Shown: piece after piece, positions 15,567 to 25,540 of the stretch | Layout: each line of letters starts with the position of its first letter | Position numbering within the stretch: the stretch's first letter is position 1 | Source: Thermoanaerobaculia bacterium | GTDB lineage: Bacteria; Acidobacteriota; Thermoanaerobaculia; UBA5066 | Direction of reading: 5' to 3' | NCBI GenBank assembly: GCA_963719225.1 | Contig: CAVRAY010000002.1 | Location: 192,001 to 256,000 of the forward strand | Length of the DNA: 64,000 nt | The notes under the pieces: model-generated | Databases searched by the model: none | Told to the model about the DNA's origin: nothing | The model's input: only the letters and a program-made list of their open reading frames with translations | Made by a program: the position numbers and the translations under genes

Positions 15567-16765
15567 CGGATGTTCTCCCTCAGCTGCCGGAGCGGCTCGA
15601 AAGCGTACTCGACGAGAGTCCGACGGCCGACGACGATCCGCGCCATCCCGCGCATTCCCGCGAGGAGCGGTTTGCGCTCTCCGTCCGCCGCGACGGTTTG
15701 CTCGTCCAGGTCGACGAGGACGGGAAATGTCGCCGTCTCGCGGATCCCGACGCCGGAGGGGCTGGCCCACCGGACTGTCCCTCCGCGGACGCCATAGCGC
15801 TGGTACGGGAACGCCTCGAGGAGGAGACGAACGTTCTGGCCGGGGCGAATCCGGGCGAGGCCGCCCTGCGGAAGTGCCAGCTCGGCCTGAAGAGTTTCGG
15901 CGGAGCACGCGACCTCCGCGAGGACGTCGCCGTCACGGACCACAGCTCCTGCCCGCCTCGCCGTGACCCCGAGAACCGTGCCGTCGCAGGGAGAGTTGAC
16001 GGCCAGCTCGTTTCCAAGCCCGTCTCCGCCTGCGGAGGGCGCCTCGCCGCTGAGCGCCCCGATCCTGATTCTCGCCTGCGCGATCTTCTCTGCGAGGACC
16101 CGCTCCTCCTCGTGGAATTCCATCCCTTTGGCCGCCTCGGTGTCGCGGAGCTTTTCGATGGCGCTTCCGGTCGCGCCCCGCTCGGCCTGGAGCTGCTCGA
16201 GCTCCATCACGGCCTGGCTGTGCCGGATCTGGGCGTCGGAGCGCTCGTTCAGGCTCGCGAGCCCCTGGTCGGCGAGCTTCTTCGCGCGCTCGGACTGCTC
16301 CTTCGTCAGGACGAGCTGCTCCCTTTTCAGGGCCAGCATCCGATCGAGATAATCCGCGCGATCGGCGAGGCTCCGGGCCTCCTCGCGCCTCGCGCTCGCC
16401 TCGCTTTCGAATCTCCTCCGGGCATTGGAAAGGCTCTCGGCAAGGCCGCCGAGACCGGCTTCGAGCGCCTTCCGCTCGGACGCCCGGTCGGCGAATTCCT
16501 GTGACCGGATGGCGAAGAGCCTCGCCCCCCTGAGCACCGGGCGCCCCTCGACGGCGAGCACGTCCGTGACGGTTCCCCCGCGCGGAGCGCGGACCGGGTC
16601 GGTGCCGCGCACCGGCACCAGCGCGAACGGGGCAACGACCGTCTCCGGGACCTTGACGGCCACCGAGACGATCGCCGCGGCCACGAAGAGAGCGATCAGG
16701 ATCCAGGCGAGGCTCCGCGCGGCGAACGGCGGCGGGTCGCTCGGGAGAAACGGCGTCTCGTCCAT
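15563..16765 (-). CDS. HlyD-family membrane fusion protein
   Basis: N-terminal TM, coiled coil, AFPYQRYG and LLAGMRGMARIVVGRRTLVEYAFEPL motifs. Confidence 0.92.
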   Translation of the reverse strand: MDETPFLPSDPPPFAARSLAWILIALFVAAAIVSVAVKVPETVVAPFALVPVRGTDPVRAPRGGTVTDVLAVEGRPVLRGARLFAIRSQEFADRASERKALEAGLGGLAESLSNARRRFESEASARREEARSLADRADYLDRMLALKREQLVLTKEQSERAKKLADQGLASLNERSDAQIRHSQAVMELEQLQAERGATGSAIEKLRDTEAAKGMEFHEEERVLAEKIAQARIRIGALSGEAPSAGGDGLGNELAVNSPCDGTVLGVTARRAGAVVRDGDVLAEVACSAETLQAELALPQGGLARIRPGQNVRLLLEAFPYQRYGVRGGTVRWASPSGVGIRETATFPVLVDLDEQTVAADGERKPLLAGMRGMARIVVGRRTLVEYAFEPLRQLRENIR

Positions 16766-19700
16766 CTAGATCCCCAGCTGCTGGCTCGAGAGGTAGTAGT
16801 AGAGGCCCTGGCGGTCCATCAGCTCGTCGTGGATCCCCTGCTCGACCAGACGCCCCTTCTCCAGCACGAGGATGACGTCCGCGTCGCGGATGGTGCTGAG
16901 CCGGTGCGCGATCACGAATGACGTCCGGCCTTCCAGAAGGCGGTCGAGGTTCTCCTTGACCGCCCGTTCCGACTCGCTGTCCAGTGAGCTGGTCGCTTCG
17001 TCGAAGATCAGCACCGGGGGCCGGTTGTAGATGGCACGCGCGATGGCGATGCGCTGCTTCTGTCCGCCGGAAAGAGCGAGGCCCGACTCGCCGACCCGGG
17101 TGTCGTAGCCCAGGGGAAACCTCTCCACGAACTCGTGGGCGCTCGCGACGCGGGCAGCCCAGAGAACCCGGTCCATGTCGGGCTCGGCGTCGCCGAAGGC
17201 GATGTTCCGCGCGATCGTCTCGTCGAAGAGGTAGTTCTCCTGGAGGACGAAGCCGACGCGCCGCCGGAGGTCCCTGTAGTTCAGCTTTTCGAGGTCCACT
17301 CCGTCGAAGAGGATCGATCCCTCGGTCGCCTCCAGGAGGCCGGAGAGGAGCTTGGCGAGCGTCGTCTTGCCGGAGCCGCTTCGGCCGACGACCGCCACCA
17401 TCTTTCCGGGCTCCACGTCGAAGGTGAGACCCTCGAGGATCTTCGGCGACTCGGGCCCGCCGTACTGGAAGCCGACGTTCCTGAGCGAGACCTTTCCCGC
17501 GAGCGTTCGGACCGGAATGAGCGCGGACCGGTCGTCGCCCTGCTCGGGGGTCTGCTCGAAGACGTCGTTCAGGCGGTCGAGGAGGACCGTGCCGTACTGG
17601 AGGTGGTCCCAGGTCGCGAGCAGGATCCCGATCGGCGCGTTCGCGAGGGCCACGAGCGCGTTGAACGCGACTAGCCCGCCGATGGTGAGCGACCCGCGCA
17701 TCACCTGGAGCGCGCCCGCCCACAGAAAGAGGGCGACCGAGAGGAAGCTCACGGCCTGGACGGCGCCCTCGTAGGTCATCACGGTGAAGTCGGCGCGAAA
17801 CTGCTTGCGGGCGAGGCCGAGGAACCGTTCCAGCATCAGCTGCCTGAGTGAGCCTTCGGCTCCGAGCGACTTGACGGTCTCGATCCCCTTGATGGTGTCG
17901 ATCTGATGGGCCGAATACTTTCCGAACGCCTCCTCGAGCGTGTCGAAGACGGGACGGAGCTTCCGCCGCGAATACCTCATCAGGAGGGCGTAGAGGGGAA
18001 CGGTCGCGAGGAAGACTCCCGCGAGGAGGGGGCTGTAGACGAACATCAGGACCACGACTGCGGCGAGCTGGGAGAGGGCGGTCAGGGAGGAGACCCCGTA
18101 CTGGACCAGGAGCTCGCGCACCTGACGGAGGCCCATGAGACGGCGCTGGATGTCCCCCGTCTTCCGCGTCGAGAAGTAGGACATCGGAAGCGACAGGAGG
18201 CGCCGGGTGATGAAGTCGAGCGTCGCGGCGTCGATCCGGACTGCGGCGAAGCTCAACAGGTATCGCTGCAGCACCATCGCCAGGGTCGAGAAAACGAGGA
18301 CGCCTCCCATCCCGAGGAGAAGAATCCGGAGCAACCCCTCGTCGCGCTCGACGAGAACCCGGTCGACGATCACCTGGCTGAAGACCGGCAGCACCATCTG
18401 CAGGATGCTGACGATCAACGCCAGAGCGGCCGCCTTCGCGAGGAGAGCGGCGTGCGGCCGAAAGAAGCGGGTGAGCCACGCGAAGCTCGAGCGTCCCACC
18501 GGAGCCTTCTCGAACGCTTCCGTGTAGTCGAAGAGGGCAGCGTAACCCGTCCACTCCTTCTCGACCTCTGCGCGCGGCAGGAGCCGGAGCCCGACCCCAG
18601 GGTCGGCCAGGCGAACGTCCGCCGGGTTCGTGTCGTAAAGGACGACCCAGTGGTTGCCGCCCCAGTGAAGGATGGCGGGGAGCGGCATCTGGTCCAGGTG
18701 CCGCGCCGAGGCCTTGACGGAGCGCGCGGCGAGTCCCAGCTCCTCGGCTCCGCGGCAGATCGCCCGGAGGCTCGTGCCGTCGGTCGATGTGAAGAGGAGC
18801 TGCCGGATCCGCGCCAGGCTCACCGCGCGGCCGAAGTGGCGACAGACCATCGCCAGGGAAGCCGCGCCGCAGTCCATCTCGTCGATCTGCCGGATGAAGC
18901 GGAAACGGCGGATCCGCCGAGCCTTCTTGGTGAACCGACCGTCCTCCGTCGCGAAGGGAGCGGCGGGCTCCTCGCCCGCTGCTTCGTCCGCCCGGCCGCC
19001 GGCATCCTCGTCGACTTGGTCCGGACCCACCTCCTCCACCGCCGCCTCCGCGGGCAGGAGCTCGTCGGCGAAGTCGAGCGGAACCGTCGCCTCCTTTCGG
19101 TAGTCGTACTGGGCGATACGCCGGCCGATGGCCGCGCGGAACCCGGGATGCGCCTCGGTGACGGCCCGGAAGGCGGTCGGGTGCAGGCTCAGGAGCCGAC
19201 AGGGCGTGACGGCCTCGACTGTGGCCTTTCTCGGTTCTCCCGTGAACGCCGAGATCTCGCCGAAGACATCGCCTTTCCGGAGGTAGGCGATGTTTCGCAG
19301 GTGCCCGTCCTCCTCGGCGAAGGCGCGAAGCCTTCCTTCCTCGACGACGAAAAGAGGTCCTTCCCCGTCTCCCTGTCGGAACACGGTCTCCCCTGCGGCG
19401 ACGGCGATCGTCTCGAACCGGTGGAGGAGCCCGGCGAGGACCGCTGGCGGAAGCGTGGAGAACGGGGTGTAGAGACGGAAGAGGTTCTGGAGGCTCCGGT
19501 ACCGGCTGTGGAGCTCCAGGCAGGTCCGGATCTCGGGATCGCCGGAGAGAAGCTCGTCGAAGGCGCTTCGGTCGAGCCGGAGGACCGTCGCGGCGCTCGA
19601 CGCGCGCACCGTGGCCTGCCGCCTGGCGGAGTCGTCCAGGAGACCCATTTCGCCGAAGCTGTCCCCGGGACGAAGCACGCCGAGCGAAACCTCCTCGCCC

Positions 19701-19948
19701 CGCTCTCCCATCTTCACCGCACGGGCTTTCCCGGCCACGAGGACGAAGAAGGCGTCCGCGGGATCGCCCTCGCGAAGGATGACGGCGCCGAAGGGAAAGG
19801 AGACGGGGACGAACTTCCCGGTCACCGCGGCGCGAGACGCAGGCGAGAGGAACTTCAGGAGCGGCAGGTCGTCGAGGAGGGCCCGCGCCGCCTCCACCTC
19901 CGGCGGGAGGGACGACTTCGCCTTGCTCTTCAAGGCTTCCATAGCCAC
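16766..19948 (-). CDS. peptidase-containing ABC transporter with two cNMP-binding domains, C39 peptidase, TMD and NBD
   Basis: FGEMGLL..RQATV and FGEISAF..RKATV (cNMP); QIDEMDCGAASL, LHWGGNHWVV, LADP (intact C39 Cys/His/Asp); GRSGSGKT, LSGGQKQR, IFDEATS. Confidence 0.94.
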   Translation of the reverse strand: MAMEALKSKAKSSLPPEVEAARALLDDLPLLKFLSPASRAAVTGKFVPVSFPFGAVILREGDPADAFFVLVAGKARAVKMGERGEEVSLGVLRPGDSFGEMGLLDDSARRQATVRASSAATVLRLDRSAFDELLSGDPEIRTCLELHSRYRSLQNLFRLYTPFSTLPPAVLAGLLHRFETIAVAAGETVFRQGDGEGPLFVVEEGRLRAFAEEDGHLRNIAYLRKGDVFGEISAFTGEPRKATVEAVTPCRLLSLHPTAFRAVTEAHPGFRAAIGRRIAQYDYRKEATVPLDFADELLPAEAAVEEVGPDQVDEDAGGRADEAAGEEPAAPFATEDGRFTKKARRIRRFRFIRQIDEMDCGAASLAMVCRHFGRAVSLARIRQLLFTSTDGTSLRAICRGAEELGLAARSVKASARHLDQMPLPAILHWGGNHWVVLYDTNPADVRLADPGVGLRLLPRAEVEKEWTGYAALFDYTEAFEKAPVGRSSFAWLTRFFRPHAALLAKAAALALIVSILQMVLPVFSQVIVDRVLVERDEGLLRILLLGMGGVLVFSTLAMVLQRYLLSFAAVRIDAATLDFITRRLLSLPMSYFSTRKTGDIQRRLMGLRQVRELLVQYGVSSLTALSQLAAVVVLMFVYSPLLAGVFLATVPLYALLMRYSRRKLRPVFDTLEEAFGKYSAHQIDTIKGIETVKSLGAEGSLRQLMLERFLGLARKQFRADFTVMTYEGAVQAVSFLSVALFLWAGALQVMRGSLTIGGLVAFNALVALANAPIGILLATWDHLQYGTVLLDRLNDVFEQTPEQGDDRSALIPVRTLAGKVSLRNVGFQYGGPESPKILEGLTFDVEPGKMVAVVGRSGSGKTTLAKLLSGLLEATEGSILFDGVDLEKLNYRDLRRRVGFVLQENYLFDETIARNIAFGDAEPDMDRVLWAARVASAHEFVERFPLGYDTRVGESGLALSGGQKQRIAIARAIYNRPPVLIFDEATSSLDSESERAVKENLDRLLEGRTSFVIAHRLSTIRDADVILVLEKGRLVEQGIHDELMDRQGLYYYLSSQQLGI

Positions 19949-20928
19949 GTGACCCTGTTGTCGACCTCGCGCGCGACGAGGCCTTCGAGGAGGCTGGACT
20001 CCGCCTTTTCCTTTACCTCGGGATCGTCCGGCATCGGCGGAATCTTCGCGCGGAGCGAGACGAGCACGAACTCGTCGCCGACGCTCACCGGACCGACGAG
20101 CTCTCCCGGGCGCGCCGAGAGCAGGACGTCCCGGACCTCAGGCTCAGCCTCGTCGAGAAACTCCACGCCTTCCTCCGTGGCTTCGCCGATTTCCTCCGCC
20201 AGCCTTTCGAGGGCGACTCCCTCCTGTCGCACCGCCATCGCCGCCTCGCGCGCGGCGTCCTCGCCGGGAAGCCTCAGGACGCTGCAGTCGATGCGGGTCC
20301 AATCGGTGAGGTGCGCCTTGACCCGCGCCGCCAGCGCATCGGGAGTGAGCACCTCATCGCGAAACCGCTCGTACGAGAGCTCCAGGCGAGCGAAGACCTC
20401 CCGCCGCTCGACGAGCGTCCCGGTCGGGCCTGGTTCTTCGTCGGGAGCCTGCGTCCGTTCCTTCTCCCTTTCCCCGATCGCGGCCCGCCCCGCGAGCTGC
20501 CGCGCCAGACGCTCCAGCTCTCCGGAACACACGGCCTCGCCGAGGACGGCCAGCTCGACCTGGCGAGGATCCACCTGGGGCTTGGCCGGAAGGACGAAGT
20601 CCGGAAGGCGGTCGCGGAGGAGGCTGGCGTGAATCCAGTCGAGCCAGGTCTCCGCGTCGAGGCGCCAGCGCGCGAGCCAGCGTTCCAGCTCCTCCGCGGT
20701 GATGAGGTCCCGCTCGTACCGGAAGTCGTCCGCGGCCCCGTCGATCTCATCTTGAGGAATGACGGCTTCCGCGGCCGTGTCCGCAAAGGCGAGAAGAGCG
20801 AGGTTGTCGAGAGCCCGCTCCTCGATCTCCTTCCAGTCGCCCCGCAGCTCCGCAGCCAGGACGACGTCCTCCCACCGGAAGACCCGGCCACCCGCGCAAA
20901 ATACGTCCCGCCCGAAGAGATCCTGCAC
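19930..20928 (-). CDS. acidic PpiC/SurA-related (peptidyl-prolyl isomerase-like) protein, type I secretion/peptide maturation associated
   Basis: EIDGAADDFRYERDLITAEELERWL and LLSARPGELVGPV resemble PPIase-like partners of cNMP-HlyB/HlyD systems; very Glu/Asp-rich. Confidence 0.7.
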   Translation of the reverse strand: MQDLFGRDVFCAGGRVFRWEDVVLAAELRGDWKEIEERALDNLALLAFADTAAEAVIPQDEIDGAADDFRYERDLITAEELERWLARWRLDAETWLDWIHASLLRDRLPDFVLPAKPQVDPRQVELAVLGEAVCSGELERLARQLAGRAAIGEREKERTQAPDEEPGPTGTLVERREVFARLELSYERFRDEVLTPDALAARVKAHLTDWTRIDCSVLRLPGEDAAREAAMAVRQEGVALERLAEEIGEATEEGVEFLDEAEPEVRDVLLSARPGELVGPVSVGDEFVLVSLRAKIPPMPDDPEVKEKAESSLLEGLVAREVDNRVTWLWKP

Positions 20929-21086
20929 CTCGGCCTCGCTGGCGCCGGTCAGCCGCCCGAAAACGCGCCGCGATTCAGGACGCGCCTTTTCCCTTCAGGC
21001 GGAATAGCCGCAGCGAATGATAGGGCGATTTGAGATCGAGTCGCACCCAAATTCCGCGGCTCAGGCGCGGCGATACACGGCCACGG

Positions 21087-22097
21087 CTATGCCGCGGCGC
21101 GTGTGGCGTGCGTCGCGAAGAACTCCTCGACGGCATCGAGAAACGCCTGCGGGCTCTCGAGCGAGGCGATGCGGCGGCGCAGCTCTCCCCCGTTCGGCAG
21201 GCCGTGCGTGTACCAGCCCGTAAACGTGCGGAGCTTCCCGAGGACGGCCTTCGGCGCGTCCGCGTCGTTTCTCTGGATGAGTCGGAAGTGGTCGAGGATC
21301 ACGTCCCGCCGCTCTTCGAGCGTCGCCTGGCGATAGGGTCGGCCCTCGAGAAGCTCGGCCGCCTGCCTGAAGATCCACGGGTTCTTCATCGTCGCGCGTC
21401 CGCACATCACGGCGTCGCAGCCGGTCTCCTTGAACATCGCGAGGACGTCCTCGGGCGTCTGGACGTCGCCGTTTCCGACCACGGGAATCCTCACGGCTTC
21501 CTTGAGGCGCGCGATGCGGCTCCAGTCCGCGCGGCCCGTGTACATCTGTTTCGCCGTCCGCGCGTGGAGCGCGACGGCCGAGACACCCTCGCCTTCGCAG
21601 ATGCGGCCCAGCTCGAGGTAGTTGATCGTGTCGTCCGTCACGCCGAGCCGGAATTTCACCGTGAGAGGCGTCGTGGGGAGCGACTTCCGGCAGGCTCCGA
21701 TGATTTCCTTCGCCCGTCCGAGATCGCGCATGAGCCCCGCTCCCGCGCAGCCCTTCAGAACCTTGTTCGCGGGGCACCCCATGTTGATGTCGCAGACGTC
21801 CACGCCCATCTCCTCGACGCGCTCGGCGGCGATCTCCATTCTGGCGGCGTCCGCTCCGTAAATCTGAACGGAGAGCGGACGCTCGGCGGGATCGAAACGA
21901 AGCAGCCTCTCCGTCTTGCGGTTTCCGCGCGTCAGACCTTCGGACGAGACGAATTCCATGGTCACGAGGCCCACCCCCCCGATGCGCCGGAGGAGGAGCC
22001 GGTAGGTCATGTCCGTGATTCCCGCCATCGGGGCGAGGATCAGCGGCGGATCGACGGCACAGGGACGCGTCCCGGCGCCGCCGTAGACGAGGGCCAT
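21087..22097 (-). CDS. dusB: tRNA-dihydrouridine synthase B
   Basis: LAPMAGITD, DINMGCP, TVKFRLG, LHART and GNGDV motifs. Confidence 0.93.
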   Translation of the reverse strand: MALVYGGAGTRPCAVDPPLILAPMAGITDMTYRLLLRRIGGVGLVTMEFVSSEGLTRGNRKTERLLRFDPAERPLSVQIYGADAARMEIAAERVEEMGVDVCDINMGCPANKVLKGCAGAGLMRDLGRAKEIIGACRKSLPTTPLTVKFRLGVTDDTINYLELGRICEGEGVSAVALHARTAKQMYTGRADWSRIARLKEAVRIPVVGNGDVQTPEDVLAMFKETGCDAVMCGRATMKNPWIFRQAAELLEGRPYRQATLEERRDVILDHFRLIQRNDADAPKAVLGKLRTFTGWYTHGLPNGGELRRRIASLESPQAFLDAVEEFFATHATRAAA

Positions 22098-22107
22098 ACC
22101 CGGAAGT

Positions 22108-22986
22108 TTACTGACCCGTGGCCTTCGCGGCCGGCGCCGCTCCCGGCGCTGCGGGGTTCGCCGAGCCCTCGACCTCGAAGGAGCCCTGGTAGAGCGCGAA
22201 CGCGCCCGGCACGACCTTCTGCTCGCGCGTGAGGCCGACGACGTACGCGTGCCGCCCCTCAGCGAGGTTCTCGATCCAAACGGGGTCCGCCTTCGTGAGC
22301 GTCACCTCGGGCTGCGTGTCGAGCTTGTAGCGCAGGCGACATGTGTCGGGCACGGTCTGCTCGGCGACGGGACAGCCGGTGACGAGGACGTCGAGGAGGA
22401 CTTTCCCGGCCGCGCCTTTCACCTTGCCGCGCGGAGAGACGATCGTGAGCACCGGCGTACCCGGCTCGACCGTATTCTTGCCGTCCTTTTCGCCGACGTG
22501 GAACGTGACCATCGCGAGAGCCGAAGGCTCCTTGATGGCCTCGCCCCACGGCCGGACGGGGAAGATCCTCACGGTGTGCGTACCCCTCGGGAGGCTCTTG
22601 AACGTGTACGGCTTCGTCGCATCGTGCCAGGGGAACATGACGCTGATGTTGTCGACGAGGATCTCCAGGTGCTGCCCGCTCTTCGTCGCCTCGTCCTGGA
22701 ACGTCTCGAAGTTCGTGAGCTCCACCTTGAGAGTGACCGGCGCTCCCTTTGCGGGGGGCTGACCGGCCTCGGGCTGCGGCACCGGGATGACTTCATCCGG
22801 AGCGGGCGCCACGATCTTGAGCGTGACCGGCCCGGTCGGGCCGCGCCCGTCCGCGAAGCCCTGCAACGGCGACTTCGGATCCTTCGGGGTCGCCGTCTGG
22901 GCCGAGAGAGGCCGGACGAGGACGAATGCGAGGCCCAGGGCGAGGATCTTGACCACGCGTGAGAGAGTCGGGTTCGCTGTATTCAT
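22108..22986 (-). CDS. hypothetical secreted beta-rich protein
   Basis: Signal peptide (…RPLSA-Q); GQHLEILVDN…GTHTVRIFPVRPWGEAIK. Confidence 0.7.
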   Translation of the reverse strand: MNTANPTLSRVVKILALGLAFVLVRPLSAQTATPKDPKSPLQGFADGRGPTGPVTLKIVAPAPDEVIPVPQPEAGQPPAKGAPVTLKVELTNFETFQDEATKSGQHLEILVDNISVMFPWHDATKPYTFKSLPRGTHTVRIFPVRPWGEAIKEPSALAMVTFHVGEKDGKNTVEPGTPVLTIVSPRGKVKGAAGKVLLDVLVTGCPVAEQTVPDTCRLRYKLDTQPEVTLTKADPVWIENLAEGRHAYVVGLTREQKVVPGAFALYQGSFEVEGSANPAAPGAAPAAKATGQ

Positions 22987-23086
22987 GGCGGAACGCGCAC
23001 TCCTTACAAGCTGATGTCCCGTCTGCCTGACGGCATCTCGGGTCGGGGAGGATACCAGCAAGAACGGGGCCGGCTCGAAAGCCCCC

Positions 23087-23716
23087 TCAGAACCGCTTCC
23101 AGCCGCTCGGAACCGTGAACAGGCCGGGATCAGCCCCCACTCGCACGTTCGTCAACGTCACGGTCGATTTCCGCGTCGTCCCGTTCGGTTCGCTCGTTTC
23201 GCGGTCGTAACGCGTCACGAGGCCGTCGAGGTCCGCCGTCACCCAGTATGTCGTCGTCGGTGACCCGGGCACCGCAGGATCGTCGTCGAACCGCCAGAGC
23301 GCGCACACGTGACCTGCGAACACCTCGTCTCCTTCACGATGGTAAATGGTGAGGTTTCGCCGCGCCGCCTCCGCTTTTTCGTCGAATCCCGGGGCAAGCG
23401 GGATTCCGCCGGGAAGCTCGCCGGCCGCCTCCGCGAACGGCACGTCCCGCGCCGTCTTCGAGGCCGGATCGAGGCGAAACGCCTTGCGGGCCGCCAGGTC
23501 GAGGACGAGCGCCGGGCCGTCCGCGGGTCCCTTGCGCCTGAGGTCGCGCAGCACAGCGAGGTCGAACGCGGCCTTCTCGACGCCGTCGGTCTTCAGCGTC
23601 ACGCGCGCGCGGTACCCGTGCGTCTTGGTGCGTGGAGGCGCGCCGAAAGGATCGGCGGCGCAGCCCGAAAGAAGCACGACGAGGACCCCCGGAAAAAAGG
23701 GCGGAGGCCGCCTCAA
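23087..23716 (-). CDS. hypothetical lipoprotein (DUF4412-like)
   Basis: TTG start overlapping upstream stop; LLSG-C lipobox; ends DPGLFTVPSGWKRF. Confidence 0.65.
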   Translation of the reverse strand: MRRPPPFFPGVLVVLLSGCAADPFGAPPRTKTHGYRARVTLKTDGVEKAAFDLAVLRDLRRKGPADGPALVLDLAARKAFRLDPASKTARDVPFAEAAGELPGGIPLAPGFDEKAEAARRNLTIYHREGDEVFAGHVCALWRFDDDPAVPGSPTTTYWVTADLDGLVTRYDRETSEPNGTTRKSTVTLTNVRVGADPGLFTVPSGWKRF

Positions 23717-24750
23717 GAGCGTCTCCTGGGAGGCGCGCCCGGCACCTCGAGGCCGTGGAAGCGCTGGAGGGCGGCCAGCGAGCGAAGCGTGACCCAGCGT
23801 GAGAGCTCGCCCGTGCGCTCGAGCGCGACCGGAAGCCGTTCCGGACACGCGCGTTCGAGCGTCCAGCGCGCGCGGTGGTCGGCGCGCGAGGCGAGCTGTG
23901 CGAGAGCGAGGGCGAGGATCGGCTCGCGCCGCGCCTCCGGGGGAAGCACCAGGGAAAGCGCGTACAACATCTCGACGAGATCCGTCTCGTCGCCGCACGG
24001 AAAGCCGGGCATGAGGAGCGACGCCGGCGCGCCGGGAGCGAGCGCAGCCGGAAGCTCGGCCTCGAGAAGACGGGCCGTGAGGAAGGAGACGGCCTCGAGG
24101 ACACGATCGCTTTTCACGTCGTCGGGAATCGAGGAGAAGAGCAGGAGGTCCTTCTCCGTTCGTCCGCGCCCGCCGAGCGCTCGCGCGGCGAGGGCGTCGG
24201 CGCCCTCCAGGACCCGCGCGTCGCGCTCCCACCCGATTCGCGAAAGGACGCGGAGCGCCGCGCGAAAGAGCGTGGCGTCGAGATCCGTCTCCTCGCGGCG
24301 TTCGATCGCGACGAGCGTCTTCTCCCAGCGGGCGAGGAGGACGTCTCCCGCGTGGCGAAGCGGAGGGAGCGAGCCGTCCGCACCCACCTCGGTGAGGAAC
24401 AGCGCGAGCCACACGCCGCCGTCGTAGCGGCGCTCGAGCGCCGCGGCCCCCGCGCCCGGGGCGAGTCTCGCTCGGAGGAGCGCGAGCACCTCACGCACGA
24501 ACGGCTCGCGCGGGAATCCCTGCTTCGCCTTCTTCAGGTCCGGATCTCTCGGGGGGCGGCCGAGCAGGTCGCGAAGAGCCACGTAGCGGGCCGCGGGGCT
24601 TTCGCGCGAGACGAGCCAGTCGATCGTCGACAAGGGGACGGCAAACGGCCCTTCCGGAAGAGGTCGTGCCGCGCGCCGGCGGCGCACGGCGCCCTCCGGC
24701 CGCCCTCGAGCGGATCGCGACATCGACTGCGAGGATAATCCAGCCCGCAT
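23713..24750 (-). CDS. hypothetical protein, prenyltransferase/squalene-cyclase-repeat-like (true start probably near 24640)
   Basis: IDWLVSRESPAARYVALRDLLGRP…GFPCGDETDLVEML…RWTLE…SRWVTLRSLAAL. Confidence 0.6.
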   Translation of the reverse strand: MRAGLSSQSMSRSARGRPEGAVRRRRAARPLPEGPFAVPLSTIDWLVSRESPAARYVALRDLLGRPPRDPDLKKAKQGFPREPFVREVLALLRARLAPGAGAAALERRYDGGVWLALFLTEVGADGSLPPLRHAGDVLLARWEKTLVAIERREETDLDATLFRAALRVLSRIGWERDARVLEGADALAARALGGRGRTEKDLLLFSSIPDDVKSDRVLEAVSFLTARLLEAELPAALAPGAPASLLMPGFPCGDETDLVEMLYALSLVLPPEARREPILALALAQLASRADHRARWTLERACPERLPVALERTGELSRWVTLRSLAALQRFHGLEVPGAPPRRRS

Positions 24751-25525
24751 GAACTTCTTCGAGGCTTCCTCGACGCGAGTCGTCGGTCACCGAGGTTCTC
24801 CCACGAAGGCGCTCGAAAACACCTTCGACAGCTTCGACCGCGCCGAGGCCGAAGGCGCCGACGGTTTCGAGCTCGACGTGAGGCTCACGCTGGACGGCGA
24901 GGCCGTCGTCCACCACGACGCCGAGATCGTTCTCTCGGGCCGGCGCGTTCCGCTCGCGACTCTGACGATCCCCGAGCTCGAGGAGAACCCGATCGTACGC
25001 GGCGACCTTCAGGGGTTCGTCCCGACGCTCCGCGACGTCTTCCTGCGATACGGCTCTTCGGGTCGCTATCTCGTCGAGCTGAAGTCCGGGCCGTCGCCGC
25101 GCCCTTCGCTCCTCGAGTTCCGGGTCGCGGCTCTCCTGTCGCAGCTCGCTCTGCTCGAAAGGGCCGTCGTCCTATCCTTCTCGCCCGACTCGCTTCGCCG
25201 CATCCGCGAGATCGAGCCCAGGATCGTGACGTGCCTCAACTACGACGGCATGGCGCACCGGCCCGAAGGGCGGCTCTGGCCCGACCTTCCCAAGGGCTGT
25301 TCCGCCATCGGCCCGAATGTCATGCTCGTTTCGGACCCGCTCTTCGAACGCGCGAAGGCCGAAGGGATCTCCGTCCACGTCTGGACCGTGAACGATCCCG
25401 CGCTCGCCGCGCACCTCGCGCGCCTGGGCGCCGCGAGCGTCATCTCGGACGACGTCTCGGTCACGGGGCCCGCGATCCGCGAGGTGACCGGCGCGCTTCC
25501 TCCGCTCGCCGTGGTCCGATCGTGA
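24749..25525 (+). CDS. glycerophosphodiester phosphodiesterase
   Basis: GHRG, ENT, ELDVRLTLDG..VVHHD and VWTVND motifs. Confidence 0.92.
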   Translation: MNFFEASSTRVVGHRGSPTKALENTFDSFDRAEAEGADGFELDVRLTLDGEAVVHHDAEIVLSGRRVPLATLTIPELEENPIVRGDLQGFVPTLRDVFLRYGSSGRYLVELKSGPSPRPSLLEFRVAALLSQLALLERAVVLSFSPDSLRRIREIEPRIVTCLNYDGMAHRPEGRLWPDLPKGCSAIGPNVMLVSDPLFERAKAEGISVHVWTVNDPALAAHLARLGAASVISDDVSVTGPAIREVTGALPPLAVVRS

Positions 25526-25540
25526 GCCGGCGGGAGCTCT

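Noticed and set aside
8189-20928. Mobile element, prophage, integron or DGR explaining the array
   Set aside because: No integrase, transposase, reverse transcriptase, attC-like sites or flanking direct repeats were recognised in the window.
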